The position numbers and the translations under genes are program-made. Below, in pieces: positions 28,736 through 44,722 of a DNA stretch of 64,000 bases. The notes below the pieces were generated by a model, which worked only from the letters and a program-made list of their open reading frames with translations, ran no database searches and was not told the DNA's origin. Position 1 is the stretch's first letter, and every line of letters begins with the position of its first letter. The DNA is from Eledone cirrhosa (taxonomy: Eukaryota): positions 67,146,001 through 67,210,000 of the forward strand of contig OZ024747.1 in the NCBI GenBank assembly GCA_964016885.1, in the 5' to 3' direction.

Positions 28736-29822
28736 CCACTCAGAATGGAGTATAGTGTATGTCACTCTATCTCCCTCTCTCCCTTTCATTTGTTACTTAA
28801 TTCCTTTTTTTCGTATTCTCTTTCCTATTTTCCTTTTTTTTTTGTTTCCATATTGCTGTGTATATTGTACAGTTTTTTTTAAATAAAAGACTGAAATTTA
28901 TAAATCCTGTTTAAGTGAACGCCAGTTCGTATTTGTCATGCAATTGGATACTGACTGAGTGACGTCATTCTTAGGAAGCTGAATTTACCGCCTTGTTTTA
29001 TATTGCAAATATTTGCTTTTGTTTGGTTTGTTGTCACTAACTGTGAATGATTATCCATACATACAGTACATACACACGTGCATATATGTATATATAAATA
29101 TATATATATACATACATACATACACACACACATATATACATACATACATACATACATACATACATACATACATACATACATACATACATGCATACATACA
29201 TACATATATGCATACATACATACATACATACATACATGATGGCTACCCCCTCGTTATCGAGTATGGCCATTGCACGATATAACATTATTAATAATTATTA
29301 ATTAATTCTATCGTGCAATGCCTGTGTGAAGATTCTTTTTAAAGTGGGGAAAGACTGTGCACTGAGCCAATCCCACTCTCTGAGCGACAGTAGCTATAAC
29401 CCGAAAAGAAGAAAAGATCAACATCATCGGTAACTACTGAGCCCCTGTCAGGGCATTCTTCCAGGAGAAGACACCTCAGGAAACTGGGATAACTCCGATA
29501 TAAACATATATATATACATACAGGCTGCCAACATACATACATACATACATAAGTAAGGAACTTTTTTATTTAACTTATTGGAGGAAAATAAATTACAGTA
29601 GTTTAAATGTTTTCGTTTAATGTTTCGTTCAAAAAAGAGCCTTACTTCTGCTTCCCCCTGTGTATATATATATGCGTGTGTATGTGTGTGTATGTGTGTG
29701 CGTGCGTATGTGTGTGTCTTGGGGTGCGTATCTGTGTGTATGTGAAGTGTTCTCGGTACGGACATTGGGAAAGATAGAGATGAGGAAAACTGAAACCATC
29801 CGAAACTAAGTGAGAATTATAT

Positions 29823-30350
<528 letters not shown>

Positions 30351-30521
30351 GAATATATATATATATCAGATAGGGTGTGGTAAAAAAACCTTAACCCACC
30401 AGAGTACTTGATATTTGGGGTAATAGAGTGAGTAATATGAAAAGATTAGGGCCCCGACGGCTGAGCTCCGGCCGTTTCGACAGCTATATCTGAACTCAGC
30501 ATATATATATATATATATATA

Positions 30522-30862
<341 letters not shown>

Positions 30863-32074
30863 ACGTGGGAATGTTTTACCCTAGCACTCTTTCACGTCGT
30901 ATCACTCCATAACGCTGCAACACCATAAGCCACTGCTCTAGATAATAGTATGATCATTTCGTGAGGGATTATATAAAGGTAATTAGGCATGGTGTGAATC
31001 ACAATATTATCCACTTCAGAGCTACTGCGGTAGAATACAGCAATTATATTCAGAAAAAAATATCGTTAGTTTTAGTTTCTTTGTTAAATTTTACAGACAT
31101 TAACATTTTTGTGATTTTTTCTAAATCTGTGTTAATTAATTTAAATCTAGCTTCTCTTGTATCGGTAGAACGTGATGAAGAAGTTAAGGAATATATCTCA
31201 CTACAATCAGTAATTGGCATGGGGAGGAAGGAAGGAAGGAAGGAAGGAAGGAAGGAAGGAAGGAAGGAAGGAAGGAAGGAGGGAAGGGAGGAAGGAAGGA
31301 AAGAAAGAAGGGAGGAAAGAACGAAGGAAGAAGATCGAGGGTTGAGTTCAGTGTAAAACAGATTGGAAGAATCGTTAGTGGCCGAAAAAGATATTTTTAG
31401 TCATTTGTTTCGAATCTTTATATTATAAGTTCAAATCCTGCCTAGATCAAATTTACCTCGATAAAATGAAATATCAGTTTAGTACTGGAGTCGACACCCA
31501 TCTTCTAATGCTGGCTTGGCTTAAATTTTAGGAAGGTTATTATAGATTTATGTGAAGGTGTATGGCCTAGTAATTAGATTGTTTGGACTCACAATCATAA
31601 GTTCGATGGGGATTTCACACTTCTACAATTTGTAATTCAAATGACCAGCCTTGTCACTCAGGATCTCCCTGAGAACAACTATAATGATGCACCTAACTCT
31701 GAAATCCTCGGAGATCCCATCTAATACACATACCGTGTTGTTATTGATGTTCTACCTTCTTATATCAGCTGTAGTCCTTGTATATGTACATAAATGTGTG
31801 GAAGTGTGTGCATGTATGTATTTATGTGTATTATAAAGTTATATTCATATATGTGCACGTGTACATATAAAAATATATATCTTCCTATATACAATATGAA
31901 AACAAGGCACATTTGCTTATATTCAATTATTCATTTATTGAGTATCAGAAGGTCTTACACGTGTTCCAATGCGTTACGTAATCGGACTATGAAATCTACA
32001 TTACTGCATAACCTATTATTCCACACTGCTCAATGCTAATCAACGTGTATATATATATATATACACGTTGATTA

Positions 32075-32127
<53 letters not shown>

Positions 32128-32142
32128 TATATAGATATATAT

Positions 32143-32359
<217 letters not shown>

Positions 32360-32437
32360 TAATCAACGTGTATATATATATATACTAATCAACGTGTATA
32401 TATATATATATATACTAATCAACGTGTATATATATAA

Positions 32438-32560
32438 AGGCACGTGGCTGTGTGGTTAAAGAATTGGATTTGCAATCGTGAGGTTGTGATTTCAATTCCC
32501 GGATCGGTTGATGCGTTATATCCTTGAGCAAGACACTTTATTTCACGTTGCTCCTTCTAC
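32438..32560 (+). mobile_element. Second tRNA-derived SINE family, partial
   Basis: ggcacgtggctgtgtggttaa (A box), atttcaattccc (B-box-like), tccttgagcaagacactttatttcacgttgct; related to 56105-56720. Confidence 0.7.
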
Positions 32561-33493
32561 CTGGAGTTCCGACCGATAGATAATATTTGTAATTGGAAAG
32601 ACCAATGGAAGCATTGTTTCCTCGGTCCGATTTGACGAAAGTCAATCGACTGTTATATGTGGGGGGGAGGAATAAATGAAAGGGAAAAAGAACACCACTA
32701 TATTTAAAGATTTTATGAATCTATATTTCATCAAATATTGCCGGTTTCGATTGGTGTGTCAATCTTATCCAATATTAAAGAAGTGTATTCTCATATTCTG
32801 TGAGAAGATAGAATACCAAAGCTTTTTATTATATGAACAAAGAATCTGTGCGTTTGATTATCTACTGATTAATATTAATTCGATTTCATTGACCTACAAG
32901 CATGCATGACTTCTTTATTTACCTACACAGACACACACATACACACATATACATAGACACACATATACAAGACACACATATACATATATAGATATGGCTA
33001 CATAAAGGGAGAGAGAAAAATATATATATATGTATACTGTTTTGAAATGTATGTAATGTTGAGGTGGTGCGTTGGAGATTCTATTCTTTCATGCCAAATA
33101 TTATTTCCTTCTTCGTGCCATGAAAGACAATAGATGACAATCCTCTTCCCCATATGTTATATTATCAAATATATTATTTATGTATATTATATTATCTTTT
33201 ATCTCTTGGCAATTTATACAAAAAAGCCTAGCATACCTTATTTGCATGACTCGCCCGTATTGAAAATAGTAGTTCTCAGTCTTACCTATATGTGACGCAG
33301 TATAGACAAAGATTGAGACATGATCTTGGCACTACCTATCAGATTTCAATTTGGTAAGTGTCCTAATTTCTTATTCTATGCCTTTGTTTCTTTATAAATG
33401 CTGCATGTTTGATTGGTGTACATCTCTGTTTATATATATATATATATACACACATATATATATATATACACACACACGCACACATATATATAT

Positions 33494-33526
<33 letters not shown>

Positions 33527-33690
33527 CACACACACACATATATATATATAGACACCACACATATATATATATATACACACACATATATATATATATATAC
33601 ACACACACACATATATATATATATACACACACACACACATATATATATACACACACAAATATTAACACACATATATATATATATATACAT

Positions 33691-33760
<70 letters not shown>

Positions 33761-33799
33761 TCATTAGAGAATGTGTGAGTAAGAAATATATATATATAC

Positions 33800-33843
<44 letters not shown>

Positions 33844-33884
33844 TCATTAGAGAATGTGTGAGTAAGAAATATATATATATATAC

Positions 33885-33924
<40 letters not shown>

Positions 33925-34490
33925 GGGGTGTTAGTGTATGTGAGGGGGCGTTTTTTATAACATGTCCTTTGATTTGATTTTCATTTTTTATTCATGATTA
34001 ACGCATCAGCCATTTATAGATGAAATTCTATGGATGCATATGTTTGTATGTATATATGTGTGTATATATACATATATAAATATATAAATATATGTATGTG
34101 TTATATATATATATATATATATATGCATAAATACGTATGCAAATGTGAGTATGTATGTAAAGATAAAGGGAGATAATTAGACATGTGTATCTATAAATAT
34201 GTATGCATGTCTACATACAAAGACACGCCTCAAAACTGGTTCGTATATTTACTGAATTGAATGTTAATAAATTCACTTAAGATAAATAATATATCATCAT
34301 CCGTGGATCTCCCAATGAAAACATAGAGCCTAATGTATACTGCTGTTTCTATTTAATTAATTAGTTAATTATATTAATTAATTAAATTTTATTCTATTAA
34401 TTGATAAATCACCTATATAGCTGTGTGTTTAAAGAGTACGTTTGGCAACCATGTAGTTGTGGATCCGCAAGAAGTTCGTCATATATATAT

Positions 34491-34886
34491 ACACGAGTGA
34501 AAGTATAAGGAAAAGAAATCGAAAATGCAACTGGAGTCTTTTTAAGAATATTTATTTGTTTCCTTTACCAGTTTCACAGTTGTTTTCAAAAGTACAATGC
34601 TGGGTTTTTAAAAATAGAATTGCTGGGTTTTTTTTTAAATAATTTTGTTGGTTGATGACTGTCACGGTTTAAAAAAAAAAACCCAAAAATTCGAACCACT
34701 CTTTCCACATTAAACAGAAATAACTTTCGAACACCAACCAGATGCGAGAAAAGCCACAAACACTCCATCTCAATTCTACTTTTGAAAAGCATAAGAACTG
34801 TGAAACCAGTAAGGGAAACAAATAAATATTCTTAAAAAGACTCCAGTTGCATTTTCGATTTCTTTCCTTATATTTTCATTCGTGTA
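34491..34886. repeat. Fold-back element, about 120-bp inverted arms
   Basis: acacgagtgaaagtataagga.aagaaatcgaaaatgcaactggagtctttttaagaatatttatttgtttcc.. and its reverse complement at about 34770-34886. Confidence 0.85.
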
Positions 34887-34927
34887 GGACATCTCGTTTT
34901 TTTTTCATTAAAAAAAAACCTCCATTT

Positions 34928-34983
<56 letters not shown>

Positions 34984-35018
34984 CCTACACACCCTCTGAA
35001 CACACTTTTCCACTTTTC

Positions 35019-35050
35019 GCCTGAAGAAGGGCTTATGCCCGAAACGTCGT
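35019..35050 (+). ncRNA. Ultra-minimal type-I hammerhead in a ~155-bp insert between (TA)n tracts
   Basis: gc CTGAAGA a GGGC ttat GCCC GAAA cg TC gt; palindromic stem III ACGT, GUC site, stem I only about 2 bp. Confidence 0.7.
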
Positions 35051-35131
35051 TCCCCATCCCCCACTCTCAAGAGCGTGAAACTAATAAACCTTTGTTCGTA
35101 CTGCCTCTCTGTTTTGTTCCCGTTACATTTT

Positions 35132-35214
<83 letters not shown>

Positions 35215-35677
35215 ATATTATTTTATTATGTTTCGCGATGACCTCCACTTTCCGCTTGATGACAGTGTGAAATTTCTCATTCTGAGACTGCTGGAATTTT
35301 AAATTTGGCGGTCATTCTGATACGGAGAGGGACCATCGCAAGACATTGGATATCGGTAAGAAGGTTTCTTTATATCGATGTTTGACGGGCATCCACTGAT
35401 GATTTATAAGTGCCCACCTGCATATATTCCTACGGACTATGTGTAGGCTTCTACATAACCTGGACACATTTTTCCAAACTTGTAGAAAACTTATAATGAA
35501 ACAATTGTTTGAAAAGGGAGATGTATTTTAATTATGTCTCATATAAAATAATACAACTGGCTATCCGCAAAATACATATAGTTAGCACCCCAAACGTAAA
35601 ATTGGTATATCTTAATGTTTGTTGAGTGAGATGGAAGCCAATCAGAGTATAGCTTAAAGCTTTCTCTGTTAATGTAT

Positions 35678-36117
<440 letters not shown>

Positions 36118-36119
36118 GG

Positions 36120-36162
<43 letters not shown>

Positions 36163-36194
36163 AGATCAAAAGATGGTTAAAGGAGTTCCATGTA

Positions 36195-36261
36195 TTTTAT
36201 TATGCGCATTTCAAAAACAAACATCATCATGCAATAATATTTGTGTTTTCATCAGATAAAA
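36195..36261 (-). ncRNA. Type-I hammerhead (inverted pLTR copy)
   Basis: Reverse complement of the 40270-40336 motif. Confidence 0.85.
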
Positions 36262-36576
36262 CAGGAGAACATTATATGAAGGCTAAAAACACTTGTGGAT
36301 AGTGCAGTTTTAAATCAACATATGAAAAGTGGTTTTAGATTGATGTGTGATATTGGGAAAAAAATATTTTATTTAGAGAGGGGGGGTTGGAAAGGATGAA
36401 AAGGGAAGGAGATGAGAGGGAGAGATGGGTGATAGAGAGAAAGAGATAGTTTTTATAACTGAGAGGAGATATATTTTTTACATAGAGAGGTTGAAAACCG
36501 TTGGAAGATACTGTATAAATTTAAAATTTTGAAAATTAACGAAGGGAGGATATGTGCGAGGAAAAAATATTTTATA

Positions 36577-36641
36577 TTATCTGATGAAAACACAAATATT
36601 GTTGCATGATGATGTTTGTTTTTGAAATGCGCATAATAAAA
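36577..36641 (+). ncRNA. Type-I hammerhead (5' pLTR)
   Basis: ttat CTGATGA aaacacaaatattgttgcatgatgatgtttgttttt GAAA tgcgca TA ataaaa. Confidence 0.83.
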
Positions 36642-36847
36642 TACATGGAACTCCTTTAACCATCTTTTGATCTTATATTATGCATACTCCAGTCCTACAA
36701 ACTGTAGAGTGCTTCTTATCCGATATCTGCATTGCTTTATTGTACTACAATAAAACTCACCTCCTACATTAACTTGCTCCTTAACGGTTGAGCGCTTACT
36801 CTCATATTGGATACCTTTTGATGGTCCTTCACCTCTTCTTCTACAAC

Positions 36848-39250
36848 ATGGATTATTACAACATAACCAATTCAACTAAAGACATTCCTATACCTGGTAA
36901 ATCTGAATTCACCAAACTTCTTATTGAAAAAACTGACTCCTTCGTAAGAAGACTTAGATGGACAGCCTATTTCTATGACCAGCGCCTAAAAGGGAACTTT
37001 CATACCAAAGAACACAACTTCCTCGATCATCTTTTTAATTCTAGACGAAATCCTCCTTCCAACAAAAATCTAGTACAATTCGAGGAAGAATTAACTAAAA
37101 TAATAAAAAATCTTAAATTCAAGAGATACCCTTACAAAGGACAAGAGCACCTTGTAAATCTCAAGAACACAATCTCTAACCTAAATTCCTCAAAAAATGT
37201 TTTAGTCCACTCTGACAAAACCAATAACCTATATGGTATTTCCAAGGATAATTATAACAACCTTATCCTAAAGGAACTTAGGAAAAAGTATCGTAAAACC
37301 AACCATGAAAATTTAGAATGCATAAACCTTGAAGCCTATGAGATTATGTCAAAACTTGGCATTGAAAAAAAGACCGAACCATTCCTCCCAAGAACTCCGA
37401 GGATAAATCTCAAGGATCACAAAAACAATTTTCGCACTGAACTACCTGTTAGATTAATCGCCCCCTCTAAATCTGATCTGGGGGTTGTTAGTAAAGCCAT
37501 CTTGGATAGAATTATCCCACAGGTTAGTTCTAATTGCTCTTCTTTGAACCTAAATTTATGGTTTGGTACTTCTGAAGTGATTGGCTGGTTCAACAAATTG
37601 GATAATAAAAACAAACTAAAATTTATTCAATTTGATATTGCCAGCTACTATTCCTCCATTTCGCCTTCACTTCTCAATAATGCTCTATCTTTCGCACTTA
37701 AATATTCTGACATCACCACAGATGAACTTCACATCATCCTCACCGCACGTAAAACCATCCTAGAGTTCAACAACGAATATTGGACCAGAGCCGATACCTC
37801 TAACAACTTCAACATCACAATGGGAGCATCCGATTCATCCCAATTGACTGATTTAATTGGTATCTTCATTTTGAACTCTTTGAGTCGGAAAATTCCTCAA
37901 CTTCGCGGTGGAATTTATCGTGACGATGGACTCTTTACTATCCTAAATTGCAATATAGTTAACCTTAATATTATTAAGAACAATATACGTAATCTCTTTA
38001 ACCAACATAACCTAAAAATTGAATTTGATAATAGTATCAAACTAGCTAATTTCTTGGATGTATCTCTTAATCTTGACACTGGCCTATATTACCCTTACCA
38101 TAAAAACAATGAGAACCTTAATTATGTTAACTTTAAATCTAACCATCCTACCAATATCAAGAATGCTATAGTTAATAATATTGGAAATAGAATATCTAAC
38201 ATATCTTCTAATAAAAACATCTTCGATGCTAACGCCAATTACTATAATAACGCACTTTCTAAAGCCGGCTATCCAGATAAAATCAAATATAGTAAAGAAA
38301 CAAATTCTAGAAAAACTTACAGTAGAATAATTAATCATGACCATTCCAATAATTTTAATAAAAGACCTAGATACAAAAACATAATCTGGTATAATGCTCC
38401 TTTCTCCATCTCTATTAATAACAATATTCCTAAATTATTATTTAGTGCCTTAAATAAATGCTTCCCTCCCTCCCATATCTATAGTAAAATACTTAACAAA
38501 CACACCATCAAATTTTCGTATTCTACATCCTCCAATATTTCCAACATCATCTCTAAACACAACAATAAAATACTAAATACTAAATCTCTTCCTTCCAATA
38601 TTGAATTTCATAATAACAGTAATAGTACTCCCGACGTCATTGTAAACCCTAGGCTAACTTCTGTAAACCCAAATACAACGTCAAACACAACTTCGCTAAA
38701 TGTTCATAATCCAACTCTAAATCAAGAAACTATTATTCCTATTATTCCTATCGCAAACAACTTCTCCAATCCAATTCCTTCTATAGATAACACTAGATCA
38801 CTCATTAATAATCTCTCTAATTGCAACTGCCGCATTAAAAATAAATGTCCTCTCAACAACCATTGTCTCGATAAAAACTTAATTTATGAATGTAAAATTA
38901 TAACTAGCACCAATTCCTTCACCTATTTTGGCTCCACTTCCACCTCTTTTAAAGATCGTCTCTATAATCATCATTCATCTTTCAAATACAAACTTAAAAG
39001 AACTAACACTGCTCTCTCAGAACTCATATAGTCCTTAAAAGACAAAAACATTAAATATACCATCTTTTGGAAGAAGATTTCTTCTGCATCCTCATACTTG
39101 AACAGCTCTCTATCTAAAATCTGTAATCTCTGCCTAAATGAAAAATTTACCATTATCTCTAACCTAGATTCTATAATAAATAGACGCACAGATTTGTTTT
39201 CTATCTACCTGCATAAATTCCATAGAACTTTTCACAAAGTATACAGTTAA
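36848..39250 (+). pseudogene. PLE polyprotein (RT + Cys-rich linker + GIY-YIG) with one premature TAG at 39029-39031
   Basis: SDKTNN, PVRLIAP, FDIASYYSSI, ITMGA, IYRDDG, NFLDVSL, SNHP, CNCRIKNKCPLNNHC, LIYEC..TYFGST..FKDRLYNH; after the TAG the frame continues SLKDKNIKY..CNLCLNEK..INRR to TAA at 39250; the paralogue at 8645 has IWSLKD at this position. Confidence 0.92.
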
Positions 39251-40269
39251 TATTCAATTCTTTATCAATTTAGAATCTTTTCTCAAAGGCACATATACAT
39301 ACACCTCTTTAAAATATACCCATCTACCTTACTTTAAAGGGCATTATACACTCTATAATACTTGTTTACTCATTACCCTCTTTCTATCTTCACCTTGTAA
39401 AATCCTTCATAACATATACATTTGTTGTTTTTTGACGTTAGAATATTCATCCGCAATCATTATTATTTTTTCTCTCTATCATAAATCTTTTTAATCTCAA
39501 TTTCATCCTTAATTTATTATTTTTTTCTCCCCATCAACGAACTCATTATTAATACATATTAACTCTTTATTCGCATATATTATCAATTCAACCAATATAC
39601 AAACTTTAACTTCACATTATTTTTCTCAAATCCTTCTACACACAAACCTTAATAATTTTTCTCTTCGTTAATTTTGAAATTGCCACAATACATACATTTC
39701 TTTTTTTGACGTTAGAATATTCATCCACAATTATTATTTTTTTCTCTCTATCTTCATACATAATTTCCCTTCGTTAATTTTCAAATTCCTTTAATTTATA
39801 CATTATCTTCCAACGGTTCCCAACCTCTCTATGTTAAAACAATATATCTTTTTCTCAATTATAAAAACTATCTCTTTCTCTCTATCACCCATCTCTCCCT
39901 CTCCACCTTCACTCTCATCTCCTCCCCCTTTTTTTTCATCCCCCTCCTCCCTAAATAAAATATTTTTTCCTCGCACATATCCTCCCTTCGTTAATTTTCA
40001 AAATTTTTAATTTATACAGTATCTTCCAACGGTTTTCAACCTCTCTATGTAAAAAATATATCTCCTCTCAGTTATAAAAACTATCTCTTTCTCTCTATCA
40101 CCCATCTCTCCCTCTCATCTCCTTCCCTTTTCATCCTTTCCAACCCCCCCTCTCTAAATAAAATATTTTTTTCCCAATATCACACATCAATCTAAAACCA
40201 CTTTTCATATGTTGATTTAAAACTGCACTATCCACAAGTGTTTTTTAGCCTTCATATCATGTTCTCCTG

Positions 40270-40336
40270 TTTTATCTGATGAAAACACAAATATTATTGC
40301 ATGATGATGTTTGTTTTTGAAATGCGCATAATAAAA
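40270..40336 (+). ncRNA. Type-I hammerhead (3' pLTR)
   Basis: ttttat CTGATGA [long AU-rich stem II] GAAA tgcgca TA ataaaa; 6-bp stem I, loop-less palindromic stem III ATGCGCAT, AUA site. Confidence 0.87.
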
Positions 40337-40462
40337 TACATGGAACTCCTTTAACCATCTTTTGATCTTATATTATGCATACTCCAGTCCTACAAACTGT
40401 AGAGTGCTTCTTATCCGATATCTGCATTGCTTTATTGTACTACAATAAAACTCACCTCCTAC

Positions 40463-40538
<76 letters not shown>

Positions 40539-40540
40539 GC

Positions 40541-40585
<45 letters not shown>

Positions 40586-40679
40586 TCTTTGACATTAGAG
40601 ATAGAACAGATACTCTATACTATTTCCTGTCAGCATGGCTTGGCAAGATATTTAGAACGCTGGTTTGAGACCTTTATTT

Positions 40680-40718
40680 CCCTCTGAAGAAGAGATATTA
40701 TCTCGAAAATTAAGGAGA
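40680..40718 (+). ncRNA. Minimal hammerhead motif in a short insert between (TA)n tracts
   Basis: cct CTGAAGA a GAGAT att ATCTC GAAA at TA agg; stem III AATT palindrome. Confidence 0.7.
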
Positions 40719-40832
40719 TTTAAATAAATCTAAGGTAAAGGACGAATTGTCAACAATATCTTTTACAATTGCATTCTTTTTTCTATGTCCATACCTGCAT
40801 TGTTTTGGCTTTATTACACATATTCAAACGTT

Positions 40833-40865
<33 letters not shown>

Positions 40866-40868
40866 ATG

Positions 40869-41057
<189 letters not shown>

Positions 41058-41072
41058 GTATGTATGTATGTG

Positions 41073-41167
<95 letters not shown>

Positions 41168-41179
41168 TATATATATATA

Positions 41180-41480
41180 TATTATTCAAAATATTAATAA
41201 ATGAAGTCATTCACATAATCAAAATATCTTTTATTATATATATTTCGAAGGTACTGCGCTGTTTTTTCAGTACGTCCTCGTCAGATAAATGTATGATATA
41301 CCTCAACGGTCTTGATCGTTCAATTCCAGTATTGGCAGTCATGCATATGTCATACATCAATTCATGTATTTTATCTGAGGAGGACGTACTGAAAAACAGC
41401 ACAGTACCTTCGAAATATGTATAATAAAACATATATTTTGATTATGTGAATGTCTTCATTTATTAATATTTTGAATAATA
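41180..41480. mobile_element. Fold-back non-coding element carrying two divergent hammerheads
   Basis: About 110-bp inverted arms; motif on minus at 41229-41289 (CTGACGA core) and on plus at 41369-41429 (CTGAGGA core), both with GTACTG/CAGTAC stem II. Confidence 0.85.
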
Positions 41481-41588
41481 TTAATAACTCCAGATATCTT
41501 CCTTGTAGACTGCTTTTAATCTATTGTAAAACTATATTCATTGAGTAATCAATGAACCATATTAATCTTTGGTTATATATATATATAT

Positions 41589-42478
41589 ATGATAAAACAT
41601 GAAAACCAGCGTTATGTAACAACACTCGCAGACAAGGCTTGGCAACTGCGCGAAAATAACGAACAATTTAACCTAAAATGGGAGATAATTCCGCTGCCTC
41701 TGCATTACCACGGACAGGAATTTTGTACATTGTGTAATATGGAAATATTTTGTATCATGAAATCCAAAAATATTTTATTAAATAACAGAATAGAGCGATC
41801 GTTATACTGTAACCATCGCTTGAAATCTACATTTTCATATTACAAACGCTACCAGGATTGAACGCCTGTCTCCATCTCCGTTTGATTCTATCAACACTTC
41901 TATTCTTTATCATTTAATATAAAATGCTCTAGATAAAATAAGATTTCTCAATTCAATTCCCTAAAGGATATACCAGCAGGCTATCAGCATTGTTGTTATA
42001 CAGTAGCAGTGAAAATCTCTCTTACTTACTTGACACCTTATATCTGTATTAATACTACTACACCAAACCACCAGCCCTGTCCATTTTTCAACTGGTCAAA
42101 TATAAATTAAAATAGGCACTCCCAAAAATTCTTATTTAGATAAAATAAGCCATATACTCATTGTATTCTCATTAAAAACCTTCTATACACTTGTTTACCA
42201 GCAAATTAAATTGCCAGCAAATTGAATTGCCATCTGTCATATACTTTCCCCTCTCCTCTTCCTTTCTTACAACTAATATAAATACTTTGATTTTTCTGAT
42301 GTTTTTCCAATTTATCCAATATCTCTGAGGAAGTGACAACTGATTATACATTTGCTATCGATTACGTGCTAATATTATATGATTACGCAAGCAGCGATAC
42401 ATAGGTATTCCATCTGTTACAGAAACATATGTCAATACCTAATAAATTCCTTTATAAAAGCACTTTCATTTTATATTC

Positions 42479-42480
<2 letters not shown>
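41589..42480 (+). mobile_element. Short 3' fragment of a family-B-like PLE
   Basis: TTLADKAWQLRENNEQFNLKWEII..CTLCNME..LLNNR.E...CNHR matches the C-termini of the 8645 and 36848 ORFs; followed by a pyrimidine-rich 3' UTR. Confidence 0.75.
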
Positions 42481-42538
<58 letters not shown>

Positions 42539-42539
42539 C

Positions 42540-43053
42540 ATGGTGGCTGCCAACTCGTTTTCGAGTACGGCCACTACTTTATATCCATGTAGGAGAACCC
42601 CTACCGATTCGCTGAACGAGTGTGACTTTTTAGTCCAGCCAGCGACTTGAAAACTCTGGTACAAACACTACACTTGTGACAATTATTGACACATATGCTG
42701 GGCCCATGGTACCATGTGACGACAAGTGCAGAGAGATCTCCAGATATAAAGCAATGCCTGTGCCGTGAAGCTTTTATAGTGAACAAAGGCTCTGCACAAA
42801 GCCAGTCCCACTCTCTTAACCAAGATGATATTTACCAAAAAGAAGAACAAGTCAACATCATTGGATACCATCAGGGTTGCAGGTGTTATATCAGAGTTTT
42901 CCTTCTCCTAGAATTCTGCCTTGACAAAGGCTAAGGGGTCATCTCTCCCGGTGATTTTGGATGGCCACTGACTCTTAAGAGCTCCTTTGCCCTTTGACAG
43001 GTTTTGTTTTTAGTCCTACAGGATGTCCAAAGTCACCCTCATCACCAAGAAAC
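42540..43053 (-). mobile_element. Second copy of the bipartite RTE-derived element
   Basis: Near-identical to 20716-21180, with two segments absent from that copy (tcgctgaacgag; atggccactgactc..ccctttg). Confidence 0.8.
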
Positions 43054-43530
43054 CTACATACATACATACATACACACATATATAAATTGCTGGCCTTGTG
43101 CCTGTATCAGAAATCATTATTACTATTTATTACAGATTGGTTATTTTTATATCTACAGCCTTCCCTTTCCTTTACACAATATAAGCTCTACTTTGAGTTG
43201 CTTTCTTGCACGTGATGTCTCCAATGTCTTCGACCCATGTGGCTAGTGGCCGATAAAAGCTATATCATCATCATCAATATTTTCATTTTAGTGATCAGAG
43301 TGACTGTGACTTTTTGTTGGCTTTCGCTACGTTTCACCCTCAGAGGTTTTCCCATACGGGGGATTATATTTTTGTTGTTTTATATATAAATATTTAGTTT
43401 TTTAGTTTTCATTATAACCTTTTTACACACAAAACCCCACATTGTATCATCCTGTGTCGTCTTTAATGTTTTCTTAATGTGAGCCCTGTGTGACTAATAA
43501 AGAAATCATTATTAGTAGTAGAAGTAGTAG

Positions 43531-43745
43531 GGTGGTGTATTGGCAGTATAGGGTAAACACCAGACACCGTGCTTCGCGGCAGAGAGTTACGGCCTTTTAT
43601 GATCTGAGTTCAAATCCCACCGAGGTTAACTTTGCCTTTCATCCTTATGAGGTCGATAAAATGAAGTACCAGTAGCACACTGGGGTCGATTTAATCGACT
43701 TTCCCCCTCCCTAAAATTGCTGACCTTGTGCCTAAATTAGAAACA
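43531..43745 (+). mobile_element. Full-length tRNA-derived SINE
   Basis: tggcagtatagggt A box, gagttcaaatccc B box, gcctttcatcc..gaggtcgataaaatgaagtaccag body, (ATT)n tail. Confidence 0.85.
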
Positions 43746-44025
43746 ATTATTATTATTGTCGTTGTTGTTCGTATTACTATTATTGTTGTTGTTATTTCTA
43801 TCGAAATTCAAATATGAACTACAAATAAAACACGAATAAACTCAAAGTAAACTAACAACAACAACAAAAGCAGCAACGACAGTACAGCAATAGCAACAGT
43901 AGCAACAATTGCATCATAATATATAAACAATCACGAACGCCTGGATATTCGATCGTTTTTTTATTGTGAAACTACATACATATATATATATATTCATATA
44001 TATACTTTATAAATACACACATATA

Positions 44026-44207
<182 letters not shown>

Positions 44208-44668
44208 TAACATATGTCAAACATTATTTCTGTAATTACATATATATATATTTTCCTACCATATTTTTTGCCATTTATTCGTTTGATTTTCTTCCATAGA
44301 TTGACAATTCTAATTATATGTATCTAATGATATTTTCCTGCCAAGATGTCTTTGACAAACGTTAAAAAATAATATTTTAAGATAAAACACTAATTTTGCT
44401 ATGATGCCAAAAAATGGAAAATTAAAAAATATATTCATAGATCAAACTTTTTTTCTTTAAAAACTGCGATTGGAATTCAATGAAATAAAATGAAAGAAAT
44501 TATATATTTTTGAAAAAAATAGCAACTTTCACCTAAACACTTTTTTTGGAAATTCCAAAAGATCGAACGTTAATTGAAATTAAGATATATACACGAAAGT
44601 GAAACAGATTATCTGTTAAAATAGATTCGTTTATAATCTATACATTTATATGTATTTAGGTACACACA

Positions 44669-44718
<50 letters not shown>

Positions 44719-44722
<4 letters not shown>

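Larger units (their letters stand above)
36156..40465 (+). mobile_element. Near-complete Penelope-like retroelement (family-B-like) with direct pLTRs and a 5' inverted copy
   Basis: 36577-36770 is repeated directly at 40272-40465; 36156-36575 is the reverse complement of about 39955-40374; tandem duplications in the 3' UTR; (TA)n at both ends. Confidence 0.93.

Noticed and set aside
39029-39031. Possible selenocysteine or programmed read-through in the PLE ORF (some PLE lineages are reported to encode Sec)
   Set aside because: The codon is TAG, not TGA, and aligns with Trp in the paralogue (IWSLKD); a TGG-to-TAG mutation is simpler
43531-43625. tRNA genes at SINE heads
   Set aside because: A and B boxes are present but there is no intact cloverleaf, and each continues into a shared SINE body and tail
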